From positions 930,001 through 994,000 of the forward strand of contig JAWMAR010000248.1 in the NCBI GenBank assembly GCA_036785375.1: a DNA stretch of 64,000 bases, read 5' to 3'. The notes below the pieces were generated by a model that saw only the letters and a list, made by a program, of their open reading frames with translations, did no database searches and had not been told where the DNA came from. This DNA is from Leucoraja ocellata (lineage: Eukaryota). Position numbers and translations under genes: made by a program. The first letter of the stretch is position 1; each line of letters opens with the position of its first letter. Of the stretch, positions 50,381 to 61,759 are shown piece after piece.

Positions 50381-50949
50381 ATTGATGGGAACATGGAGAG
50401 GATAAATGGGTTACTGCAAGATTAGCATAAATGGATTGGCATAGACTCTGACTATGACTCAGATGTGCAAATATTTAGACGGGCATCAACTCTCAATAAA
50501 TCTGGAAAATCTTACTGCCATTGATATTGATTTATTATTGTCACGTTTAATGAGGTACAGTGAACATCTTGTTTTGCATGTTATTCAGGTAAATCATACT
50601 ATACACAAGTGCAATGAAAAAGGACACAAGTACAACAGTGCTAAAACAGAAAGGAAACAGAGTGCAGAATATAGTGTTTTACAGCTACCGAGAAAGTGGT
50701 GCACGGGCCACAATGTGGAAGATTGGGAATTAGCTATGAGGTAATCTAGAAGTGAAGATTATATAATGACTTCAATAAAACTCTGATAACCGGTTACTTG
50801 ACCATATGGAAATCATGAATGTGATCACTGGGTGACATTTGCATTTCCCACCCGGCCAGGCTTCCCATCTGACAATCGCAAGGATCGCAGTGTCAGTGCA
50901 CTGGGGGATAGACACCGGCAACCACCCTCCTCCCATTGCCACCCCCTCT

Positions 50950-51942
50950 CCCATATCAACTCCTGTTTGTCAGCTATAAAAACCTGGATGCAACATAACT
51001 TCCTCAAACTCAACAGTGATAAAACAGAATTCCTCCTCATAGGTTCCAAAGCCACATTCAGCAAAATCAATAACCCCACTCTCACCATCGACGGCACCAC
51101 TGTCTCCCCATCTCCCCAGGCCCGCAACCTTGGCGTGATCTTTGATTCCACCCTCTCCCTTGAGCCTCACATCCGCCATGTCATTAAAACCTCCTTCTTT
51201 CATCTCCGCAACATCGCCAAACTCAGACCCTCTCTCACGCCTCCCGCTGCTGAAAGACTCATCCATTCCTTCATCTCCTCCCAATTGGACTATTGCAACT
51301 CACTTCTCCTTGGCATCAGCTCCACCTACGTCAACCGACTCCAACTGGTCCAGAACACAGCCGCCCGACTCATCACCCACACCAAATCCTGGCATCACAT
51401 CACTCCAGTCCTCAAACAACTTCACTGGCTTCCCATCTCCCACCGGATCACCTACAAAATCCTGATCCTCACCTACAAAGTCCTCCACCATCTGGCCCCC
51501 CCCATATCTCACTGACCTCCTCTCCCCCTACCAACCCTCACGGTCCCTCAGATCCACATCAGCCTGTCTCCTCTCCATCCACAAGTCCAACCTCCGCAGT
51601 TTTGGGGACAGAGCTTTCTCCAGGGCAGCTCCCAGGCTCTGGAACTCCCTACCCCAACTGATCCGCAATTCCGTGTCCCTCACCATCTTCCAGTCCCGCC
51701 TCAAGTCCCATCTCTTCACCTCTGCCTATCCTTAGCCCCACGTCCCCCTCCCTTTTCATCTGTGCATTAATTGCCTCATATTGTGTTTTGAATTGAATTC
51801 TGTCTTTACTTTGTGTACTAGTCATGTCTCTACTATTTATTTCATTCCCCTTACATGTTTTTCCTCTACCTGCTAAATTTTTGTAAGGTGTCCTTGAGAC
51901 TCTTGAAAGGCGCCCATAAATAAAATGTATTATTATTATTAT
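50950..51942 (+). mobile_element. Young L2-clade LINE 3' kilobase
   Basis: WMQHNFLKLNSDKTE, RNLGVIFDSTLS, RNIAKLRP, LDYCNSLL, QLVQNTAAR, HITPVLKQLHWLP; tail gaaaggcgcccataaataaaatg(tat)n. Confidence 0.93.
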
Positions 51943-53106
51943 TGCCCTCCCCAGCCAACAGTGCACCACTGAGAGCCAGGAGCACAGGCAGCTGAGACCA
52001 TCAGCATCCAGCTCGCCTCCCATCGGCAGGGAATCACAACAGTCGCTTTGTAAAGTGACGATGTCCCAATTTTACTATTTAACAAATGGGCAAAACATTG
52101 TTTCAATTTTTCATGCCCAAAACTTGTGGAATCTTTTATATTGCCCCTTTCTGCACGAGTTAATCCAAATGATTAAACTAGATTTCCTTTCCCATAGATT
52201 TGGACAATATACAACTTGAAAAGAATTCTCGTGCAAAGAACATGTCTCAACGGTTTGTTAATCACTAACAAAGCCTGTGGCAGAATCACGGATTAATACA
52301 TCAGACATGAAGAGCTCAAACAAAGTGTACATCATTTATTCAAGGCATTTCATGGCTCTAATATTTTCACCAATGTTGCAAACTAGATAGCAGTTAATTC
52401 CAAAATATAAACAGTTAACAGCTATAAAGTAGCAATTGCTCTTCACAATCAATAGAGTTACTCCATAGCTTCAGTGGCAGAAAATAAATGAGGCCATTGG
52501 TTAGGTTAATATTATAGAATGTTGTTTTTGGATGATGGCAGAATTACTCAGCTTTCACCTCCGACTATAAAAGACACTCCCTAGACTCTCAAATGGTTGC
52601 TCAAAGGAAATTCTTGTCCTCTGATGTGAATATTTAATTCCCGAGATGATGCACCTCGTTAGCGGAAGATAATTCTTATTTATTGTCACTTACATCTGGG
52701 CATTCCATCAGATTAAAGCCTTGATTTGTATCTTTGTTATAAATGCACCTGGGCACTGCGCAGATGCAATAATGACAGTGGAAAGCGATACGGGGATAGG
52801 TGTAAAACCTGTGTGCGGTTCAATATCTTCAGAGTCCTAACGGGCAGGTTAAGCACAAACCACCCCACTGTAAAATGGTGATCGGTGAACTACAGCAATG
52901 CTCAAACCATGTTAACCTCTCGTATGTCTGATTACCCATTATCAATCCCTCGTGAGATCAAATAAGGTATGGAAAAACGTATCTCTACTTTAGGCACATC
53001 TGACAAGTAAAGTAGTCCATTGCTAAAAAGACAGAATGAGATTTAATAGCAAAATTGTTTCTTATGGTTCCACATAAACCATCCCACCATGCCATACCAC
53101 ACAGGC

Positions 53107-53134
53107 CTGAAGAAGGGTCTCGACCCGAAACGTC
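53107..53134 (+). ncRNA. Minimal type-I hammerhead ribozyme motif (Penelope-derived), intact core
   Basis: CTGAAGA-A-GGGTCTCGACCC-GAAA-CGTC: all core residues, stem II GGGT(CTCG)ACCC, palindromic ACGT stem III, GUC cleavage triplet. Stem I is weak (ggc/acc). Activity and expression not shown. Confidence 0.6.
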
Positions 53135-53574
53135 ACCCATACCTTCTACCCAGGGTTAGTCTAAATAAATAATTTATATATTTTCAGAAGAAAAAATGGG
53201 ATGAAGGACATTGGCCAGAATGCTGGGCCTGTTTGGCTTCACACTGGTTGAATGTTTCCAGCAGTTTCAGTTTTTGTTTTATAGTTTCAGCATCTGTAAA
53301 AAATTTGCTCTCAGATAGAAGTATGTTGGAGGTCTTCTCCATCGAGAGCAAACTTAAACCCTTCAGCAACCTTCCCGTCCATAAAGCAAATCAAAACTCA
53401 TTGAGTCGAGTGTTCAATGGTCTATTCATTCCCTCTTTTTGAAACTATCCTGTAGAGTGATACACGGGCTTTCCTGTTAATCATTGTTCTGTTCTTCTCC
53501 TGAACCTCACACCACCAATATCATATTGTGAACATCTTCCCACCTCTGTCCTACTTTTTCTATCTCTCCTTGCT

Positions 53575-54432
53575 AGACTGCAGGAGTGGGGCACCGTTGA
53601 GCATGGCTGCTCTGCCTGCAGTCCGTCCTTTCACCTTTTTTAATTTTTATTTTTAGTCCTGTTGAAAACAAAATGTTTGTTGGAGGTCTTCTTTTATGTG
53701 GTGGGTGGAGGGGGAATCTTTATTTCCTAGTCCCTACCTGGTCGGAGAGACGGCTTCCCTCCGAGCTGCTTCTTTGCCCCTTCCTTGCGGCCTACCAGCG
53801 GACTGGAGCGGCGTTTCCTGTCGGGACAGGCTGGAACCCCAGTTTTGGCGGCAGCACAGCGCTGGGACACCATCACGGAGCGGGCGATGCCCTATCTGGG
53901 TCACCGTGCGGTAAGCTCCGGAGTGCTGTGGCCGCCAACTCCAACATCCGAGGAGCTGTGACTGCGGGTGTCCAGCCGAGGCCGGCGCTGGATTTAAAAC
54001 ACCACGGAGCCTGGGATCCGAGATCGCCAGAGTCGGAGCTCCAACCAGCGCGGCCTGAGGACTTCGGGTGCCGCAGTCTCCAGGGAGGAAGCGGCCACTC
54101 CAGACATTCCAAGCCGCTGAGGAGTGCTCACCCGACATCGGAGTTCCATCTTCCCGGCAAGAGGGCCTATAACATCGGACTGGTTGCGGAGGCCACAAAT
54201 AGGCCCCGACCTCGTGTGAGCACAGAAGAAGAGGACTGAACTTTCTGGTGCCTTTCCCCACAGTGGAACATTTTGATTCTGCTGTGGGGGGGATGTTTGT
54301 GTTGAATTCTATAATGTGTTGTGTCATTTTTCTTTTTTTTTAATTTTTCTATGGATGTACCGAAACTTAATTATTTCTTTTATGTAAAGCACTTTCGTTT
54401 CAACGCGAGTTGGTTAAAACGTGCTATATAAA
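53575..54432 (+). mobile_element. GC/CpG-rich non-autonomous retroposon with L2-type tail, (TTAC)n
   Basis: Ends taaagcactttcg...aaaacgtgctatataaataaaatttacttacttact; CpG-rich body contrasts with AT-rich flanks. Confidence 0.55.
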
Positions 54433-54879
54433 TAAAATTTACTTACTTACTGACTTATGCCAGTGATGATACTCCAAATTGTGTCTCACTGGGATTTGAG
54501 CCATTTTGGATTTCCTCAGATTGTGGCAGGTTTTCAGATAATTCATTGCGTAGCAATATGAAACACGCTCATTTATTTCAGTTTTCTAGTAGTGCTGTAT
54601 TTCACAGTTCTGGCACAATATTATCCCTACAGACAGAGTAATACAATATATGAAAGCCGTCCCTTCAGCCCAGCGAGATCATGCCAGCTATTTACGGAAA
54701 TCCTACAGTAATGCTGTTTTCTCTCCACAGTCCAATTAATCCACTGCCAAATTTTGCCACACACCTAAGTGTGAGGGACAACTTACAGTGGCTGGTTAAT
54801 TTACTGACCTGTTCACCTTGTGGAAGTGGGAGGAAACCAAAGCATCTGAGGGGAAACCTTAAAGATATTTGGCAGGCAG

Positions 54880-55368
54880 AGTGGTGGGTGTAGCCCAGTC
54901 CATCACATCAATTAGTTCCTCCACACCCCCCCCCCCCCTTCAATTCCATCGACACTTCACACTGCACAGGAAATTAGTCAACATAATCAAGGACCATTTT
55001 CACCCGAATCATTCAGTCATCCCCCCTCGTCCTTTGGGCAGCAGATACAAACCATTGGGAGCATGTTCCACCAGATTCAGCAACAGTTTCCTCCTGCTAC
55101 TCTATAATCAAACTCCTGAATAGTCTTCCCATGACCATGTGTGTGGTGTACATCTTCCAATCTACTTCATTGCAGACCTTACTCTTTTTTTATCTGCACT
55201 TCCTCAGTAACTGTAACGTTATAATCCTGTAACATTATATTCTCACTCTGGTGTTTTTCTCTTTGCACTGCCTGTTGTACTTGTATATGATTTGATTGTA
55301 CAGTTTGATTTGACTGGATAGAACACAGACTGTATCTCAATACACGTGACAATAACAAACCAATATTG
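54880..55368 (+). mobile_element. Rex1/Babar 3' end, decayed (preceded by an HE1 fragment at about 54650-54860, minus)
   Basis: NIIKDHFHPNHS...PLGSRYK....STRFSNSF; cacgtgacaataacaaacc tail. Confidence 0.75.
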
Positions 55369-55539
55369 ATTCCACACCCATGCAGTAACTAGGAAAAAGT
55401 GCAAACTCCACTTAGACAGCACTGGACGCTGGAGTGCTGAGGCTGCATCTCCGTGAGCTGCACACTTGACACTCCCTCCTTTCCGGAGATTCATCTCCTT
55501 GTTTACACCAGCTTTAGACAGATAAACTGTGATTAATAA

Positions 55540-55745
55540 TCCTTCCACCCTCTCCCAGCCAGAAGCCCCATCATTTGTCTTCCACTCTACCCTATCATAG
55601 ACATCCCCTTTGTTCTCTCCTCCCCACCCTCTTCTCTGCAACTTAGAAAACCCCCAGTTTCTCACTTTTCCCAATTCTGATGAAAGGTCATCAGCCTGAA
55701 ACTTTTCCCAATACTAATGAAAGGTCATCGGCCTGAAACTCTGAC
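55540..55745 (+). mobile_element. Penelope-like 3' region ending in a tandem 37-bp duplication with two hammerhead-like cores
   Basis: acttttcccaattctgatgaaaggtcatcagcctgaa and acttttcccaatactaatgaaaggtcatcggcctgaa. Confidence 0.6.
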
Positions 55746-55754
55746 CCTGTTAGT

Positions 55755-56070
55755 CATGGAGATGTACAGCATGGAAATAAGCTCTTCGGCCCAAATTGTT
55801 CACATTGACTAAGTTGGCATACAGCTAGTCCCATTTACCTGTATTTGACCTGTAGCCTTCAAAACCCTGTCACCCCATATAACTGTCTAAATATCTTTTA
55901 AGAGCCACAATTGTAAACACGTCAAAAGCTTCTTCTGGCAGCTTATTCCAGATACAAATTACCTTTTGAATGAAAATGTTGCCCCCGAGATCCCTCCCCT
56001 CTCACCTTAAACCTCTGCCCTTTCATATCAGAATCCTCTACTTGCTCCCAAACTTGGAAAAAAATGATCT
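55755..56070 (-). mobile_element. CR1 3' end
   Basis: tacagcatggaaataagctcttcggccc tail; cctctcaccttaaacctctgccct. Confidence 0.75.
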
Positions 56071-58224
56071 TGTGGTTTCTCTAACTTGGTTCCTCTCTCC
56101 ACACATTCTGCATCACCCCCTGCTAAGTATTTCCACATTTCAGTTTTAATTGAAGAATGCGAAGTGCAACTGCAGGTTGACATATAGTGTAAAACCTGCT
56201 GCCCTCAACATCGGAAACAAGAAGTCCCTCCAGATGTTACCCAGCCAAAGACACTCACTTCTGACCTTCATGCATTCTTCCAACATAGTTTGCTTGTATT
56301 TACCACCTTGGTGAGGGTAGAGGGATGAATACACAGAAAGTATGGGTGGGTGACAGCACAGGCACATTGACTGGTTCAATCCTCATCTCTCATGATGAAA
56401 GCTTTGTTTGCTTTTGAGGCCATTTTCAGAACCAAAGACATGCCAGGCAGCATTCTACTCTGGGGCTGAGCTTGAGAGGGGGTGGTAGAGGTAGGAGAAG
56501 GGTAAAACAGTCACCAGCCAACACACTATTGGGTTAGTGACAGAGGGAGTGGTGGCATGAGGGATACACATTGGACCAACACAATTTAGGCCTGTGTGTA
56601 GATAAGGGAGATTAGGGTTCAGGTTGTATATGGTTTATTGGAAGGAACCATCAATGGCCACAACACAGATTGCATAGAGATTGCAGGATGGGCTTGTGAA
56701 TTATCAGTGGTCCAAGGGTGAAGCCAGATCAATCACTTCTATTGCCAATCATGCTGCAGTGTGTGGACCATCTCCCTAATTTCTGAGCAGATGTCCTCAT
56801 CATTCCTGCAAGACCAACTGCATGAGCTTGTGATTAATCAACATCAGATTGCCAACCCCAAGCCTCGATCCTTGACTCTTGACATCCCAGAACAATTTAA
56901 AAATCCATCAATCTCAACATTTATAATTTAATCCCAGTTTCAATGGGATTTTGGGAGCAAGTGCTTCAATCTCCTTAATGTGAAAAATTGCTTCTGGCAT
57001 AACTTTGTCTCAGTGGTTGGGCTTCAAGAAAACATTCCCTTGTTCTGGACTCCCCCACTCTCTATTCACATTCAATTCATTAAACAGCAATCTATCAATC
57101 TAACATGGCAAGCAAGGATGCTCTATTCCCTCAGTGGAAACACTGCAGTCTGAATGGACTGGGGAATACAAAACAAAGACATTTGTCGACTAATCTTATT
57201 GGGAAATTACTCAAAATGCATAATAATGTAAGGCAGATAACACTTTGCAAGAAAAATTAGACTCTACCTGTTCCAATCCATTGTTACCTTAAACATTTAC
57301 AGTACAGGACACATGACCTACGAAGATTGAATAGCTTTATATGAACCAGAGCAACAAAACCAGAATCCATTTATCATAATCTTATTCAAGAGAAACAAAG
57401 CAAACTGCTAGCAACAGGCTGACTGAAAACAAATTACCAACCGCAAGAGAATAGCCTGGGTGAAGCGAGCCGGAGGATTTATTGACAATGAGTGGGTAAT
57501 GAAACGTGAGTCCCTTTTCTTTAGACTCTCCTGTCACTCTCTTGCGAAGGAAAGCAAATAAGAGGAGTCATTGTGTGTTGCGCAAAAGGAGTGAAGAATA
57601 AACTCTGTAGAGAGCAAAAAGAAAACAAAGAGGGCAGAATATTCCACATCCACCACTGCCACCCTGACTAAAAATAAGGAGCTGAGTTACCCAGGTGTTG
57701 GTTGAAGAGCTCTAGTACATAAAGGAACAAAAAAGGCAGCTTTTTTTCCAAATAAATAATGAAGCAACTGTTTGCAATGCCTGCTACTCGGGCAGGGCAA
57801 GGAAAAGCTGTTCGACTCATCAAGCCTCTCCCTTTCTCTGTGCATGAGCGAACTCCTTCACAGGGGGCAACAGGCCACCCACATCACCTCCCGATGGGAA
57901 GCCCTCTAGCCCCAATACTGATTGTGTCAACATTATCAGGCTCTTAAAATCCACCATCAATTTTGAAGCCAAGCCTTCTAATTTGGAAGGGCATGCAACA
58001 TGAAGGAAGAGAAGCACTGCAGTGAAATGCAACGCATGGTTTGTCTGTTGTGCACTCAACCACTGAGTCCTGAGTTAACGGGAACACAAAGGTGCAACCC
58101 AAATCCCTGTGTCAGGCTGGGCTATTAATGTAGACCAGGACTAACTCTATCTGGTGTCATTCACTTCTATTAGAGATGCTCCTGATTCATGTAACATCTC
58201 ATAGTCATCGAGCTACACTGCATT

Positions 58225-58807
58225 AGGCAGAGGGGGGGAGAAGGGGAAGAAGGGGGGAGGAGGGGGGAGAAAGGGGATGGGGAGAAGGGGGATGCGGAGA
58301 AGGCGGATGGGGTGAAGGGGATGGGGAGAAGGAGTGGAGACACTTTTATGAAATCAGACAACTTTTAATAAGCCAGAGATACACTGCTGTGAAGTGTAGC
58401 ATTTAACATTGGCAGTCTGTTTTCCTTGGTTCTGAAAACTCGTGCTTATGTTCTTTTTTTCCCCAATGAGCCAATTAAAATGCTCGGTCAGCAAAGGACC
58501 CAAGGCTACCTCGACTACCTACAATGACATGTCAACCTCACTACCACCGCACTACGAGTTCAAAAGCATCGATTTTCTCGATGCCGACCTACTCAATTTA
58601 CTCGCAGAAAAATTTTCAGTTTGTTGAAAATTTTTCCTCGACCAAACTGAGGCCGCGAGTAGTAACCACCATGCGGGAACCCCTCTCGACCACGAAGAAG
58701 GCTTATCAGTGACCACCTACGACCATGTGTCGACCATGCTGCATACTTGTGGCGAGCGCAAACTCTCCTAAACTCGCAAATAAGGTCGCCATAGTGAGAC
58801 AGGCCCT
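58225..58807 (-). mobile_element. PIF/Harbinger-like element, one terminus, same family as 6584
   Basis: ...atagtgagacaggccct|TAA; reverse complement contains ttaattggctcattgggg...ttcagaaccaagga...gtgtatctctggctt shared with 6810-6930. Confidence 0.75.
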
Positions 58808-59339
58808 TAACAGACCCTTCAGCCCAACCTATCCACGTCAACCAAGTTGGCTAACTGAGTTGATTCTACTCGTCTGCAATGGCCTATAACTGGACATGTG
58901 AGATGCCTGTGTGCTGAATATCTCAGACCATTCTATCTAATGGCGCTTCTAGCATTCAATCTAAACTGCCCTTGAATGATCAGATCAAACCAGGAATAAA
59001 TCAATTAGCATTTTGAACTTGATTGTATGATTTGATTTCATTGAATAACATGCAAATCAACGATTTTCACTATATCCCGCTGCACATGACAATAATACAT
59101 CAATACCAATCCTATACAACTCTTTCCCTGAAAATCTCAGAGCTCAGCCACAACAGCTGAATTCCCCAGAATTGCTGCTAGTCACTTTCTGTTCTGCCTC
59201 TGCCTGATGGACTATAACATCGGACTTTTGATTCTGCCTCTGCCTGCCAACATGTCCCATCTACACTAGTCCCACATGACTGCATTTGGCCCATATCCCT
59301 CTAAACCTGTCCTATCCATGTAAACCTGTCCTATCCATG

Positions 59340-59520
59340 TACCAGATAAACAACTTGCCCAAGCTTTCACAGCACCAACATCGAACCCATGGCCTCCACT
59401 ACATTACAGGCAACTTGAGTAACAAAAGCTCCGCCCGCCATACCGCCTTCGATTGTACAGAAATTACAGTTGCTTCATTATTGCTGGATCAAAATCCTGG
59501 AACCCACCTCCGTTTGATGT
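59340..59520 (+). mobile_element. Old CR1/L2-group LINE fragment
   Basis: gcttcattattgctggatcaaaatcctggaac resembles the 32 kb family. Confidence 0.45.
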
Positions 59521-60109
59521 CTCTTTCTTGACAGCCCGGAGGCAGATAAACAGATAGCATTGGTGCTGGAGGACAAAAGGTACAGCGGACTCATACAACG
59601 GAAGATGGGAGCAATAAATGGGTTTAATGGTTGTTTGTGACTTTCCCATGCAAAGACTGAATAAAGCAAGGCAAGGAATTCAATGGACAAAATAATGCAG
59701 TAAGGATCAACTGCTGTGAAAATTAGGCAGTAAAAGCCTATCGGTGGAAAATGAAAACACTTATCAGTAAGGGCTGAATGTACAAGATGCATCAAACCAA
59801 ACAAAGATTGTAAGGATGCAAATGAATTTACAGCTCACAATGCAGTGGTGAAGGCGTTTCAAGTGACACATTCAATAAGTCACTCTCCTTCCATGTATAA
59901 AATCACAGCATTGTTCCAACCTATCTATTCCTTTTTGCAGCTCATCACAACAACTGATAATCGAGTCAACTACCAAAATCTCAAAATGTACTTGGAGATA
60001 CCAGAACCAGGGCCTAACCGTGAGGGATAGATACAAAGACAAGACTACTAACTAAATCAATTGACTGCCTGACAGGGGACTGAGGGTAGGAGCTGGGGGG
60101 TTATAGTGC

Positions 60110-60385
60110 GAGCAGCTAGTGAACCATGATCCCTGTTCATTCCTGACCCCAGGTCTTATCTGTGTACAGTTTGCGTATTTTCCTTCTGACTGCATGGGTT
60201 TCATGCAGGTAATTCAACGCCCCTGCCACATTCAAAGACGTGCGGGTTGGTAGGTTAAATTCTGCTGCAAATTGTCCCTGGTAAAGATAGGTGGCAGGAG
60301 AACGATTGGGGAAGCATAAGCATGAGAGAGAGAATAGGTTACAGGGAGACCTGAAAATGGGATTCCTCGATGAGCCAAAGAGCCT
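60110..60385 (+). mobile_element. Degenerate HE1-like SINE
   Basis: gttcattcctgacc, ctgcatgggtttc, cacattcaaagacgtgcgggttgg. Confidence 0.7.
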
Positions 60386-61759
60386 GGTTCTACATTGGAG
60401 AGGAATATGATGGAATGTGATGGTCAGGATGGTCTTGGTGGGCTTTCGGGACTGTCTGCAATCCACAATTGGCAACACACAACTACCCAATGAGTACTCA
60501 GTGGTAGGATGGGACCTCTCAGAACATACTAGGATGACATCTGTCTTTCACAGGGCATTGCCATCTACTGTAATTTAAGGGCACGAGGATGGAACAGTTG
60601 GCTATTGGCCCCAGATAGCTGTTCTGCCATTCAACAGAACCATGCTGATCTTTAAACTCAGTGTCACTTCCTTACATTAACCCCATATTACCTGTTGCCT
60701 TTAAATTCCAAAATCTTATTGATATTTCTCTTAGATATTCTCAGTACCCTCGTTGTTAAATATGCAGTAACCACAAGAACCACAGATTCAACTCAATTAA
60801 TAAATTCAACTGAACATCTGGACTGAGGCTCATCAATCACACGGAGGTTCGACGACAAAAGTGCAAAATCATCTTTGGTATGTTTTCGTGTTCCAAACGT
60901 CCACCATCGGCCGTTCTCCATTTGTGTTGCCCAACAAGACACGTCCCCTATTGCTGGACTAATCAAGCTCCTTGCACCTCCCTTATACAAAGTACATGGA
61001 TCAGTGGGGTGTATCTGTGCAGTTTATTCAAGAGCTGCACATGTCTCTAGAACCTTCCACAAAACATTGCCATTGCGTCAACACCAGCTCATTGTATGAA
61101 AACATCCCCAATGGTGCTGTTGTCTCAAAATAACAATTATTGCTCACAACTATATTTTACCGTCATTGCTCTGCTTTCCCATATTTAAAAAAAAGCATAA
61201 ATTTGGATTTACTCTGGAGCATCCGGAGGCTGAGGAGGGCCTTGTTCTTGTGCTGTTCTATATTCAATGTTCTTCACAAATTTAACTCAATGACCAGTTT
61301 CTCTGCTACTGGCAATCATAACAGCAGTAACAGTGACCAAGTCTCAGACTCATCAGCCGCCGTTGGAATAACCCCCACCAATGCCACCTTATCATGACTC
61401 CTGGCAGTAACTTCACACGTCGAGTGCTCTTCAAAATCAGGCAGGCTCACTTCAGAAAAATTGTCAACTTGCACTTTTCAATCACTGGGAATGAATATCA
61501 ACCTGCATTTCATGGAGTTCTAATTTTCACAATTTCCAAAGATATGTTTTTACTAGCATTTCAGTGTCCCTTCTACATAGCTCCAAAGTACTGTGTGTAT
61601 CTTAGTACACAAACTCCATCATGCAATCTCAATATCGTCAAACCTTTGCATCAGGGACTGGTATTGGCTTTCCACATTTCCAAGGAGCACAGGAAGGAGA
61701 TAAAGAGCTTAGTAGCATGGTCTCAAGACAGCTACCCCCCCCCCCCCCCCCGCCCTCCT

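Noticed and set aside
50832-51515. Longest ORF (227 aa) as a host gene
   Set aside because: It is the C-terminal part of L2 LINE ORF2.
53673-54327. Overlapping 188-aa and 197-aa ORFs
   Set aside because: GC-rich repeat, open on both strands, with no domain motifs; stop-codon scarcity artefact.
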